Assembly: GCA_021432655.1 (NCBI GenBank)
Contig: MU271430.1
Coordinates: 1 to 64,000 of the forward strand
Source: Atractiella rhizophila
Lineage: Eukaryota
Length of the DNA: 64,000 nt
Direction of reading: 5' to 3'
Of the stretch, positions 11,311 to 25,026 are shown one piece after another (position 1 is the stretch's first letter; every line of letters begins with the position of its first letter). The notes under the pieces were generated by a model. It worked only from the letters and a program-made list of their open reading frames with translations, did not search any database and was not told the DNA's origin. A program made the translations under genes and the position numbers.

Positions 11311-14300
11311 ATGGATCTCACGCTCGAAGAAGACCCCGAATTTGCTCCTCCTCCTCCTCTGCCCTCTCCTCTCACAGCAGAAAACACGACATCCAACGCG
11401 ACTAGGAAAGAGACGAGCATGGAGATGGAGATGGAGGTCGACGAGGACTTCTTGCTTCCTTCGTCTCCTTCCCTTCCCATAGTGCCCCAAACTCAACGCC
11501 ACGTGAACACCTCAGAAAACGCGTCGTTGCTTCCTCCACTCCAGCTGGAGGTGGACATCGACATGGGTCTGGAGTTGGGCCAGGGTATGGAGATGGAATT
11601 AGAGGCGGAAATGCGAAACGAGAAGGAGGTGGAGATGCGGACTCGTCTTGGGAGGAATCTGTTGCTTCCGACAGCAGAAGGGGAGAGGAGTGAGTTTGAG
11701 GGAAGAAACTGGGATGGAGAGAGGGTGGTATGGAGGAGGAAAGTACCTTCCAATAAGAGTAATACTCTGGTGGACGAAAGGGTAGGTTCCTTGTCTTCTA
11801 TTTGGTGGGACGGCGACAGTTCGTGAGAGAAAGTTTCACCTTACACCTTTACTTTGCGCGCCAAGAACGTCCCTGTTTGTGTGGTAGATTGGGGGCGTTT
11901 GTCTTCAGCGATTTTGATACAAATGTCAGGGAGAAATGTACCATGACGCAACCCGCACATTGAAGGGTTACGTGACCAATTAGCCTCTGTTCTGTTTTCC
12001 TTCTGATCGATGACTGCTTAAATATTTTGCTTTACTCATAGGACCAATTTGGCTTCCTCCCTCTCCCGTTTCAGAATTTCAGAACGGGTATGTCTAGATA
12101 CAAGTTCAGGAACGGATCTGCAGAAAACGAGACAAGGACAAAAAACAGTACCCTGTCTTTTTCCTTTCCATGCATACGCATGCGGAGTTCAAGGGGAATT
12201 GCGCTTCATTTGTCTTGTCTTCCAGTTGTATTTGTCTGCTTCTTGGATAGCGAGAGGAATGTGCACGTCAGTCTTCTTCCCTATCCTCTCTTTTGTTAGA
12301 GCAGGAAGACTTGGAGCGCGACGTAGCGATTTATAGTCAACGTATTGGGGGAAGGTCCTCATAGCGTGCAGGAGTAAGGACTTATGCCCTCATTGGCATG
12401 GCCATGGTGCTCTGCTGTCACACGAGGAAGAGTTCCCCTGTGCCGCCTTTAGAGCGAAGATATTCAACTTTAGTCGCTTGCAGATACCGAACATGTTTCG
12501 CGAACTAACAGAATTTTTGCAGAAAGAATCGTTGGCAGAACTTTCGAAGGCCTTCCTCTCCGCGCCCATGCATCGGCTCATTGACAACGCGAAGAAGGAG
12601 ATCCTAGCGGAAAAAGCACAGAAAGCAAACGCACCAACTCCCATATCACCTCATTCACAAGTTCTTCCAGCTACACTCTGGACCGATAAATATAGGCCAT
12701 CACGATTCATGGACCTTTTGGGAGACGACAGAACGCATCGAGCAGCTCTCACTTGGCTCAAGTCGTGGGACTCGTGCGTGTTTCCGTCTAAAGTTCCAAA
12801 GGAAGGAAGGGCGAAGAAGCGGTTCAAGAGCTCGCATCCTTTGAGCGCCAATGGATTTGCAGAGGGAGACGAAGATAGGGATGCGTGGAAGCGACCCCGC
12901 GAAAAGGTCGGTGGTATTTGATCATTCCATGACATAAAGATGCTCACCCTCTATGAACGCAGGTTCTGCTCATGACCGGACCACCAGGACTGGGAAAGAC
13001 GACTCTCGCCCAGGTCGTAGCTCAAGCGGCGGGGTACAGGGGATTGGAGGTCAACGCTTCGTTTGTCTCTCTTGATAATTCGTTCTTGAGCTCATTGGCC
13101 CGAAAAGGGACGATCGATCACAAGCGACAGTAACTGGCATGATCAGAGGAGCCGTTGAACACACTGGAATTGGGAAAGTGCAAGAAGGTGGGAAAGTGAC
13201 GAATGAAGAACGACCTGTCTGTGTTATTATTGATGAGATTGACGGTGCTGGTGGAGGAGGAGAAAGCGTGAGTCCATTACATGTAAGGTCTCCCATGCTT
13301 TGTACTGAACCAGTCGTTGGGTGTAGAGTTTTATGAAGGCCTTGATCAAACTGATCACAGGAGGGGAGAAGAAGAATATCAAAAGCAAGTCTTAGCATGA
13401 TTTCTGGGACGCATACATTAACCGTTCTGCAACAGCCAAGAACAAGAAGGCAGAGAAGCCGCTCCTCCGACCCATCATCTGCATCTGCAATGACCTCTAC
13501 GCCCCTGTCCTGCGTCCCCTCCGGCCTTTCTGCAAGGTTCTTCGATTCTCTCCTCCCACCAATACGATGCTGGTGAAACGTTTGGCGGCTGTCTGCGAGC
13601 GGGAGACGATGCGATTCGAACAGAAAGGTCTTCGGGAACTCGTTGAAGGCGTTTCAGGAGACTTGAGGGGAGCCATGAACTGTCTGCAACTCCTCAAGAA
13701 AGAGAGGAAAGTAGATCAGACCTCTGTCAGACAAATTGTTAAGGAATTCGGAGGGAAAGATGCGGGTACCACACCAATGACTGTTTGGGAGAAGCTGTTC
13801 CGCGTGAAGAGGGAGAAGTTAGGTGCGGCCTCTCTTTCAACCTCACGGTCGTTCTGACCTTGAGGCAGAGACTGACAATCGATACTTTGACGAGGTTTCG
13901 AGACTGGTGAGCACATGCGGGGAGTACGATAAGCTTTCACAAGGTTAGGACGACTCCTTCCCCGCCGTGTTTAGCCTCACTTGAGGCCAGGTTGTTTCGA
14001 GTTTTATCCTCGATTTCACCATCACTCTTCTTCCTTCCTCGATCAAGTCACAAACGCACTAGATTGGCTTGCTTTTTTCGATTCTTTGGACTCCCGCATC
14101 AGAACGGAAAGAGACTACGAGCTCATGGCTTACATGCCCTACTCGGTCACAGCTTGGTATCCAATATTTGGAAGCGCGAAGGGATTTGGCGGCGATGAGG
14201 TTAAGCTGGAGTGGCCGAAGGAGGATTATGAGGTCCCTTTACCACTTATTTTGCCGAACTGGTAGACTGATCTTACAACGGCGCAGGGATATCTCAAACG

Positions 14301-15217
14301 AATGGCTCATGAGGAAATTTCCAACAGCTTTCGCCAAGGTCTACCTGTGGAAGTACGAAGCATTTTCACAAGCGTCAACACATCTCTGGAGCTCGCACCG
14401 TACATGATGCGGATCCTCTCACCGGACCTAAAACCAGTTCGCCTCCCATCTTAGTATCGACGGCTAGTTCTGAGGTCTTTTTTAGATAAATTCGCAAATT
14501 ATCAAGCAAGAAGAGAAGCAACTGCTTAACAAACTAGTGGATACAATGGGGAGAATGAAACTCGCATTTTATCAGGAACGTAACGACGATGGACAGTTGT
14601 CGTACAAACTAGAACCGTATGCTCACTAATCACAGCGATCTGCCAGACACTGAGAACGTTGACAGCGCAATCGATGTGTTCGTCCACTATGAGGGAAAAA
14701 GAGCCCCGGACATTCCGGCATCGCGATATGGTGTAAGACAACTTGTGACACGCGAAGTATGTGTACTGTCTGCCCTCAACCCAATCTCTAATAAACACGG
14801 TAGATGGAGGCGGAACTCATCCGCCGGACAGAAGGGCGAACGGAAAATCCAGATAATGTCCAGGATATCTTCGACGCTTACAAAAAGTACAACATTTGAT
14901 AATCTGCCCTTCCTCTTCTAACGAGTTGACAGGCAAAAACCAGTCGCGTCATCTCAAGCGGAACAAGAGACTGTAGGGTATTCCTAATCCCACTTCTGCT
15001 GCTTATTGCAATGGTTTAGGTCGCCAAAGACTTCTTCGGTCGACCGATTGTCAAAAAGGCTGAAAAACTGGATAAAGGTGCGATTGACTTACCCCCTAGC
15101 TTAGGCGTGGACAAGAAAGGGAAGGCAGAAAAGGGCAAAACACAGTGTTTATTCAGGTACCAAGAGGGTTTCAGCAATGCTGTTCGGATTCCCAGAATGA
15201 TCGAGGACTTCTTATAA
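11311..15217 (+). CDS. CTF18: Ctf18, RFC-like clamp-loader AAA+ subunit, multi-exon
   Basis: LWTDKYRP...LKSWD, Walker [16 protein letters not shown], Walker [22 protein letters not shown]-terminal [12 protein letters not shown]. Confidence 0.95.
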
Positions 15218-15456
15218 CCGTTTCATACGATACCTTACTTCTAGTTCAGCATTCGTATTTCTTGTACAATTCTTGATTAGCTCTCAAAGCAATTGATCTT
15301 GGTCCCTCTCTCGATGCACATTTCATCTTCACAAAATGCAGTAAACATACGTTAAATAGATACCGCAAAATGCACCACCAACGAAGGATTGTGAAAGAGG
15401 ACCTCAACGAGAACTTGATGGAGGTTGCAAACTAGCCTTCGAAGCTGCGTGCTTAA

Positions 15457-17847
15457 CTACGAGGCATACCTAGAGTAAGCTCTGATTTGTGGCCCCTTTT
15501 TATAAAATACCTGCGCACAAGATAAGCAGATAGTCAAGCAAGATAAAAAACTGAACCCAGAGGATAGGGATCATCAATATGCTAACCCCGGCCAACAGGC
15601 TACATCCGCCGCCAAGTCCCAAGTGCCTGTACATGGCATTTGCCACAAGAGGGAAGAGTGCACCAGCAAGGCTGCGGAATAACGCGCTACCAGCCAGAAG
15701 AGAAGCAGCGAATCGTGGGTAGGAAAGAACGACATAGAATGTGCAAGATTGAAAAATAAGGTAGAGACCAGCTGTTTCTCCCTTGAATGTGCTGACTGCA
15801 GTGATGCAAAATACTCACGGACGTTGAGAGCAGAAGCGATAACAGGCGCGATCCAGTGAATACCTTTCCGTGACAACCAACCTGACAATTTATTAAGCGA
15901 AGATCGAACTGCACCAGAGGACACAAGGACAAACCAAAAAGAAACAACCTATGAGGCATTCGGTCAGCCGGTAATAAAAGGTAGGGAGAGGCGTACGAGA
16001 TAGGCGGAAAGATTGAGCCAATGAGGCCAATCTGGAGTACATGTTCTGGAGTCCAAGTGCCAGTTCGAACGATGAACGTTTCGACGTAATATCTTTGATA
16101 CGCGACATGTGCCACAAATGTCAGAATAGCTCTGCTCCACCATCAGTAGTGCCCCGCGTAGTTAACGGAGTGAGGCTAACCCGACACCTATAACAAGATT
16201 CAGAAACTGTAAAAAGCATCCTTGAGCACGAACCTATACCCAAAAACGGCAATCCACTTATGCCTCCATCAAATCCGTGAATCCCTACGAACACAAGCGG
16301 AAACGCCTCAAACCTACTTGACGTCATGAAAATCTGATGAGGTTCGAGGGGATGACACTTGCCATAAATAAAAAACTCCATACTACCATTAAACATGAAT
16401 CTGCGTTTGTAGGAATGAATGCATGCAGTACTTACCAGAAGCGCAATGTAGAAGTCCACGAAGAAGACAACAGGCTCAGTCAACAGCTGAAATGGTCTAA
16501 CGAGATTCTCAAACAAAATATTCGCAGCCGACAGGTGAGCTTGGTCTAATTCTGATTGGCTGCGAAGGTCTTCATTCCCTGTGAGCTTGCGCAGTCTCCG
16601 ACTGCGTTTGAGGAGAATCGTAGCGCTGTATGTCTCTGGCAGGAACAACGCGACGAGAAGTAGGCAGAAGCTCGAAATCCACAAGAGCTGCAGCGGCAGT
16701 TACTTTATTTGCGCGTGTGGCAACTGATAAAACTTACTTCATAAAGGCTCCATTTCCAACCGTTGGCTTCTACAGGAAAAGCTAAAAGGGATGCATAAGA
16801 CAGAGCATGTTGAATATGAGCGTGCAACTCTGTCTCACTTACCGCTAATAACCGGTCCCATTACGGGAGCGAGGAAAGCTGCAACAGTGCTGAGAAGTGG
16901 GAAGGAGGTTAAGGTTGAAGGACTGGCGCACAAGCAACACTCCAACAGCTGATGGCATACGGTACTTTTTCAGGAGACCAAACTGGTTGTTCCTCGAATC
17001 AGTGATCAGTCGATATCAGCAATAAGAACGCTAACTGTCTGACAGAGTTGCTCCTCCTGTTGAAAGTGCCGGACTCGCAAAGAACCCGTTGAAGAATCGC
17101 ATCGCCATGAGTACGGAATAGTTCGTCGTTGCGACGGCTGGGATCTGAAAAATGACGAAGAGTAACAGGGTAATAAGATAGGTCGGATTCCTTCCAATAG
17201 ATGGTATCTCGGACAACGGAGAAAGGATCATTGGACCTGCGAAGTCTGAGGAAAGTTGAATGACAGGAAAACCGGCTGACCGATGCCATAGCCAAGGATG
17301 AAAAGGGAGAGGCCGAGTGTTGATTTAGTAGTTGAGACCTCGAACTCTTCTGCAACACCGGGTATCGAAGAAGCGCTGCAAAGAATTAGCAACATGGCAT
17401 ATGGATGACAAAATCTCACTATATTGCAGACCCTATGTAAACGGACCATGTAAGAGACATGATTAAGCAAGTCGTGAGGGCCTTTTTTGCAAAGCTCCAG
17501 TTCTGGGGGTTCTCTTCGTCATCCGAGCCATACCAATCAACAAGATTGGGGTCAATTTTTTCCTTCTCGAATGTTTTATCGCCGATGGTTCCTTTCCTGC
17601 AATCCTCTGGATCTGCAAGAGTGCATGATGAATTAAAACATCCATTCAGGTCGCTGCCTTCTGCATGCAAATCATTGCAACACTTCAAAGTAGAGTTTCG
17701 AGAGGTTCTGGGAAGGTATATGGGGGGAACCACAAAGTCGTTACGCTGCTCCTGGTGAGGAAAGAGGCGTCCGCGTGAGAGGTAGTGCAAGCAAACTCCA
17801 ACGGAGGAGTCACGAAAGGAAGAAGTAAGTGCTTTGGTAAAGGACAT
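15457..17847 (-). CDS. MFS drug:H+ antiporter (DHA1; Flr1/Tpo1-like), multi-exon
   Basis: LVDWYGSDDEENPQNWS, LSPLSEIPSIGRNP, MRFFNGFFASPALSTGGA, LPETY, C-terminal GPQIRAYSRYA*. Confidence 0.92.
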
Positions 17848-19453
17848 GTCGACGTCGAGTGAAGCAGTTGTGAACATCGAAGGGAGGGGGTTTATAAATG
17901 TCTCTATGTGCTGCCCATAGCTGGATGCACCACCAGCCAGTCCTCCGACCTCCTCTAAGCATCGGACATATGTGAAATAGAAACCACATCACTCCTGCAA
18001 TTGCGTGCCCACAGTATATAGCGCAATAGCCCTGGGGTCTACGGAGGTTGGCTGAGCCAACCAAACTCGGCGTTTAGAGTGGTGCCCTCCCCCGGCTGCG
18101 TGAGAGATGAGACAGTCACTCGCGTCAAACTTGAAGATGACAGAATGTGTCGGTTAATGACCAACACAGACCAACTTTCACCTCACGGGACGTTTGTGTC
18201 TCTTCCACTGGCAAGCGACTAGTAGAACATGACAACTTGCCAGCATCACCATGTCAGCGCCGAATCTCAGCCAGGAGCCATCTGTACATGAAGAATCTAA
18301 TAAAAGGAGCCCATCCTAGCTATTCATTGTAACTGGCCTTGCCTGAAAATCTTGCAGGTAACCTGCGGTAACTAGTGAGAACTCACGATTCGAGGGCAAA
18401 AAATAATGTCGCTCCCTCCAGCTCTACCACTGCTTTCTCCTTATACTCAACATTCAACAAAGATAGGGGCTCAGTCGCTTAGATGAGGCTGAGAGGATTT
18501 ACGGTGCAGAGACTAAGCAAGAGTGAAGCTCCCATCAAGACGAACTAACGTCGTGCTTTTAGCTGTTCGGTTCCGACTTTGCTGCTTTGCAAAGAAGGGA
18601 TTCATCTGGAAAGCAGCAGCAGGCAGGGCGCAACATTCCTGTCCTTGTGATGAATACGTATCTCCATTTCCAGATTATAAGACCTTGCCACTGTAAACAA
18701 GATTGAGGATTCGCTCTCCACTCATTGTCACTAGAATTTATAAGAATTATGAGCTAGACAAACTTCGACCGCGAAGTTGTTGAACAAGGGCTGAAGCTTG
18801 AAAACGAAAGCAGCCAGAGATGCCATAGGAGGAGCACAAGGCTGAAAGATCATAGCCACGAAGAAAGAACGAGTTATACGGCACTATATCTTCTAAATCT
18901 TTCAAGCACAGAACACAAGTTTCCCTTTCCAAATGTGACCGCAGAGGGATTTTCATATACTGAACAAAATCAGAAAGATGAAAGAAAGATCGAAGTGTAT
19001 GTGCATCAGCGTAGAATTAGTCTCTTCAGTCACTGAACTGTGAACAATCGAACGAGGGAACGAACGGTATTAAACAGGTTGAGGATGGAAGAAAGGAGCG
19101 ACGACCCAGTGATAGATGTCTGAACGAATCCACAAGAGACCAGAGGGCAGAAAATAAAGAGGTATTGAATGTATGTTTCTTTGGAACCGAACTGAGCAAC
19201 GCAAATCTTGAGTGTCCACCAACTAGGCGTGCTAGGGGGAAAATAAGGTAGGTGTATTTACGTTCTTTGTTGGTTGGGATATGAGAAGACACTGAACTGG
19301 TTGGGGGACCAACCTCCTGCTACTATGGTCAATCGAAGGAATAAATGGTCTGTAGAAGAGAAGGAAAACATCGACAAGGCAAGATAAGGGAACGTATTAT
19401 TCAATGAAGAACTAAGTTGTTCCAGTAAGTGGTTACTGCTGATCTCACGTGGA

Positions 19454-22400
19454 TCACTGAGTCGCGAGTTGGGGAGAGATGTTGGCTGGTGTTTCGAAGG
19501 ATGATCGTTCGGCAATTTCAATGCCCTCGAGCTCCTCAGTTGCAAGAAGCTTTTCGACTGCAGCAAAATTAGTTAATTTCTGAAAAAGGTGTGACCACCT
19601 ACTCGCTATCAGGTGTTTCGAATAAGCAGAAGAATACTTCCGGAGGTTGACAAGCTGTTGATTCGTCTTTGCAACCAACATCTCACGTTGTTCGCCCGAG
19701 ACGACGAGAAGAAATTTCTGGCCACCAGAGTCAGCAATTGATGTGCATGAATGTGCCCATACCTGGAGAGGGTAATTTGCAAATTGGTCTTTCAACATCG
19801 CTCCAATGGTGGAGGATCCATCATGCTTAGGCATCAGAATCTCATCGACGAGTTGTTTTCTCTCTTCCTCGTTGGCGTAAACGATGCACTTTTCGACCAC
19901 ATTCGAAGCAAATTTGTGTTTGCTCATGTGAAGGACTTGACCACTGATCTTAGAAATGACGTTGGATCTATCAGCCGGCTCCCCTTTCTCCAGCACCCAT
20001 TGAATCACGTACTGTATCGCTCATCAATCGCATGTTGGAGAATAAGGAGGGAACTGACGTTGCCATATTGGTCCTGCATTAAGTTCTGGGTGTAGCGATG
20101 CAGCTCATCGAGCAAGCTTCGCGTCTCAGATAATGGACAATTCTCGAACACACGCTGAAGCACCCGACAACCGTAGGGGTGGGTCGCTAGGCTATAAACT
20201 TGTCCAACACAAGCGTTGGTGATGAATTGAATGCGATCAGTCGGTATACGCTCAAGCGCTCGTTGGATTACGTGGTTCGCGTTCATGTCTCGAGCACATT
20301 TCAGCACGTGTCCGTCAAGCTCGGCGACCAAGGCGATCTGTTGCTCGAGTGGGATACATTCGAGGGCCTGTTTATATTTTGTCAGCAATCATAATGAGAA
20401 GTTGGCTGGGCAACTAGCCTTTTGGATCACACGGCATCCGTACATCTGCAACGAGAGTCGGAGGACATGGCCGTGTAAGGCGTTAGCCAGAGCAGCCCTT
20501 TGTGCAGGAGAACCTTGCTCAAAAAATTTCTGAACAACATCTGTAAGGATTCAATCAGCCCCGGTAATGGATGGGGATAATGGTACTGACAGTTCGCAAA
20601 TACATCAATTGATAGCTGAAGCACACTGGGTAAGAGCTCGTCAAAAGCCAACTTCTTTTCTTCAGGAGTGGCAGTCTCGAGCTTGTGCTGGATATGCCTC
20701 GATCCGAGCTGATCAGAAGCAAATTCGATGAAGTGATTGACGATGTCCTAGATACAACACCTGAGATCCACCTCTAAAGCTGGGGAATCCGGACTCACTG
20801 TAAGCTCCCATTTCCGGTGTCTGTTGGTCCTAAACTCCTCCAAAAGCACGCTCCGCTGCTGCTTCATCCTGTCGTCCTGCATACTCGGCGCCCTGGAATG
20901 ATGCCCAGCATGACCAAGGTGTTGGGGAAATCCCATGCCGAAAGGGGCCCCACCACCGATACCCATAGGAGGTGGGTGTCCATGACCTAGCACTGGACTT
21001 GGAAAACCAGAAACGTTCATCCCAAAATCCATAGAATGGGGTCTCATCATACCGCTTCCAGGTGTATGGCCCCTTCTCATCATGTTCATGTTGGGCATTT
21101 GGGGACTTGGCACGAGGACTTGAGTGGGAGGCAGCTGACGATAATCGAAGGCTGGACTGGAGGCGGAACTGTCAGGTCCAAGAGGAAGGTGAAACTCTGG
21201 CATGACGAAGGGTGGGACAGGAGACGGAGTGAGATGAGGTGGAGGTGGCATCTGGGGAGGCATCAAAACCGGGGAGTAGAGATAATTTCGGCCGTCTGAC
21301 ATGCTCCATGCACTCTGAGTTTTTCTGAGCGTTCGCGTATCCTGTGGATGAGAAGGCAAAGGATGAAGAACTTGTGGAGGCCGAGGTGAGGATACCAGAG
21401 GAAAATGCTCCCTGTTAGGTGGGTTGGGCAAGGATGGAGGATGGTTGGGATACATTGGAGCCTGGGGAAAAGAGAAGTTGGCGTTTGACTGTGGTTGAGG
21501 TATGACTTCGCTGGGAAAGTCCATCCCTCCCAACCCGAACGTGTCCATCCCAACTTGCCCAGACATCAACTGGTTTCTCATTGCCTGCGTCGGCACTCCA
21601 GCAATACTCTGCGATCTATTAAATGTTGGTGCAGCCCCCATCCCGACAACAGCCTCCGAGGCCCTTCTGGTCTCCTCTTCTTTACCTCCCAAGGCAAGGC
21701 TTCCAATCCCCGCAGCAAGTTCTGCTTCGTAAGGATCGTCAACGCTTTCTTGTATAGTCGATGTGGTAGGAATGTATCCCGCGGGGGTTGTATTCATCCG
21801 CTGAAGTCGGGGTTGAATCTGAGTGGTAGCTTGCGAAGGCTCTAGGCCCTCAAAGGAAGATATAGACCTGTTGTGAGGACGAATTGAGGAGAGACCGGTG
21901 GCTGTATTGGAGCGAGCATGCGATGGGGTACTGTAGACCGGCGTTTGACCTATTCGCCACAGGTTTGTCAAGGAACATAGATGAAGAAGAGAGCGTACTG
22001 TTGCGAGTTGCAGATGGATCCATTCGACGATTAGTAATGGGGGACGTCGAGGCAGACCTAGTATGCGAATGGGTAGACGACTGATTGGTCTCTTCAGTCG
22101 CAGGCTCTTCAGGGAGATTTCTCAGGGAACCGATAGAGGAGCCGTAAATTCTCGAGTTCTGGTGATAATACCCGTCCTGGAAAAGACAGAAGTAAGAAAG
22201 GAATTATGGAAGCAGATGGTGCCGACTCATGTAGCAGGAATGCAGTGTTTACAATTTGCAGATCTCAATCACAAGAGCTTCAAATGAGCTCAAAGTTGCA
22301 TTAGCCTTCGGGTCTGATTCTACAAACCATCCAAAACAGTGGAAATAACAGAAAGAAGGCACCGACGTTGTAGCAAAGTTCTTCCACAATTGTTCCACGC

Positions 22401-25026
22401 CGAATTTAATCATGCACCTGAGACAGTCATTTCTGCAAGCTACTCCGCAGGATACGAACTCTCCCATCAAATGGACAAGATACTCAGAACCAAATGTAAG
22501 GTGAAACTCAGAAACGGCGTCAATGAACGAAAGGGGCGCCAGGGTGACTTGCAGCCAGCACAAATATCTGACGTCGTGACTCCTTCCATGCAGAAGGTGC
22601 TGCGTTGCACAGAAGCGACGGTGACGAAAAAGCAGGTGATCAAATCGATGAAATACGGAAGAAGTGGAATGGCCTTCGTGATATGAAGAGATTACAATGA
22701 GAGGCTCTTCGGCGTGAAGGTCCACTCAAATGGTTCTATCCACCGCCGAAAATCTCTCGGCCGTCAAGCTTCTTGTGAAGTCACCGATTCCTTGGACGTG
22801 AACTGTACGAAGTTCTCATAAAAATGCCCATTACTCTTGATGGAGCGAGGCATTGAACAACACATTAACACGGGGAAGGCGTCGACTGAGCATCTGCAAT
22901 CATGACGCCACAATTTCCTGGAGTCGCATATTGCACTCCATTATTTCAGCGCCATCACCCAGGAAACCACTTCTCGGGAGACTGAAGTATTTCCTGTTTG
23001 TTTTGTTGAAGGGTAAGATGGGAATAACCATTAAATCAAGTTTCCCTCGTTGCCCGCGCCATTTTTGCAAATGGAAGGGTCGGGATAATTGTTGACTCTG
23101 TTATGACCATGAGACCAATACAATATAAGGGTCACCCGGCCGTTTGAGATTCCACCGAAAACACGGTGGTCATTTACTGGCTAGGCACCTCAAGCAATGA
23201 AGCACCGAGCGGGCAACATAACGCTGGTGAGGCGTACGACAAAGCAGAATGCAAAACGCCACAACAGCTACACAACGGTCTCCCGAGCAGGGATCAATGT
23301 TTTAACGATTCGTCGAAAATAAGGATCATTATACCGTAAGTAGATGATGAGGTTTCAAGATGATGCACGAGGTCAAGCTTGAAAGCGATTGTCGACAAAT
23401 GCTGAGGAAGTTCCAAATTGGACCGTGATATCAGCGAAGGGCAACACACATTTCTATACAGGAAACGACTATATTCGGCAGGACGGAAATGAAGTAAGAA
23501 GAGGCACTGTAAAGAAATGTGTAATGAGTAATACCTTCCGCATGGAATGTGGAATATGAGACAGCTTATTTTCTTTATTCATGAAATCAAATGTGTCTGA
23601 AGGCGGACTGCCCGGACCAGCTTAGCGACAGAACAAAACAAGTGCGAACTGCAAATATTCCAGATCTCGTTCCGGTTACACACTTCAGAGTGTGAGAAAG
23701 TTGCCAGTTCAATAATCTGCCTCCGTCACCTCTTTTACTGGAGACCAAGTCATGATCCACACAAACCCTTTTCATGAGCAATAGACGAACACCAACCCTA
23801 AAACAAACGGTGCAGCTGCTAGATTCATCAACGCGCATAGTTCCTTGGACAAATCGGAACACTGATGCTATGTTATCTCGGAGGTTCCTCGGGGGTCAGG
23901 AAGCAAGGGAAAAGCATCAAGCTTCGCTGCAAGTTCCACTGGGCCTTCAATATGCTGTGCAGCTGTGACAACTTGTGACTTTCTCCCGATGCAGCTGTCA
24001 TACTACGAGCACACAACGGTCACAGCTGATAATTCGACCGCAAACACTCTGTTATAATAAGGGAAGACAAGAAAGTCAAGAGAGAGAGCCATCGCGTCCA
24101 TCCTTGCCTCCAGAGGCAACTAACATGATGACCCGGCAACAAATAGTGCATAACAGAGGAGCACGACGGACGAGAAATTAAAAGAGTCTCTGCCAAGCTT
24201 CCATACGAAAAAGAGGTAGTCAGAGAGGAAGCAAAAAGTCGCCACCTTCCCTTCTAGCAGTCAACGGAGATGAGGTCCTGAGCTCCATACTCACAAGAGC
24301 ACGTTCACTATCCTCTGTCCCCAATTCCTTGAAAGCTAATTCAAATGGTCGAAAGATCATGGTGAGTGAAAAACAGTGCCTCGGCATATTGGCGACGCAA
24401 GCTCAGGCTGACTCGATCACACTGAGCTGGTACATCCCACTTTGAAATCAGCAAGAATGCCGCGCTCTCGCCGCGTCCCCATAGCTTTCTGGCTGCGCAA
24501 AACAACGCCACGGGAGGTTTACGTTGCCCCAAGCAAACATAAACAACATAAACAAAACAAGAGCCAAAACATGCCTCCTTTCCCGCCCACCACGCTGAGA
24601 GAGAGAACGCACCTCAGATGTCTTAACTCCCCACGAGTGACCAAGCACCGGCGCGCTCCCCTTCCTCCCTCCGGTTCCATTCACGTACGCTGCTCCGCCT
24701 TCATTTTCCTCTTCCCAACCAGATCCTCCCAATGCACCGCTGCCGACGGGAGGCGTACCTACCGGTTCTGGCCTGTAAGCGAAGAAGTCACCACCCTCGC
24801 GACCTCCCACGGACCCGGGCGTGGGAGGGTTGCGTGTGCCGTTGTTCGCCCCGTTGGTGTTGTTTGTGCTGGGGATGGTGGATGGGACTGGAACGGACTT
24901 TAGGCCGGTGTTGAGGAGGTTGACCGACGGGAGTTTGCCGAGATGGAGGGAAGTTGGATGGGAGTATGAGGTTGGGAGAGTGTCATAGGATTGACGGCGG
25001 GTGCCCAGTGGACGTGTAGATTCCAT
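19454..25026 (-). CDS. Pumilio/PUF RNA-binding protein (Puf3/Pum-like), multi-exon, with a 2.4-kb first intron
   Basis: PUF repeats [65 protein letters not shown]. Exon 1 (24613-25026) joins in phase to the exon starting at 22176. Confidence 0.92.

Noticed and set aside
12020..12390. Resemblance to U3 box A (TACTCATAGGACCA), U12 (GAGTAAGGA) and RNase P/MRP (GGGAAGGTC) motifs
   Set aside because: Only short isolated matches; partner motifs were not found.
6620..17847. P450 plus MFS as a secondary-metabolite cluster
   Set aside because: No backbone enzyme, and the genes are separated by housekeeping CTF18.
18950..19454. Pumilio elements for autoregulation in the PUF 3'UTR
   Set aside because: No exact UGUAHAUA seen on the sense strand, only near matches.
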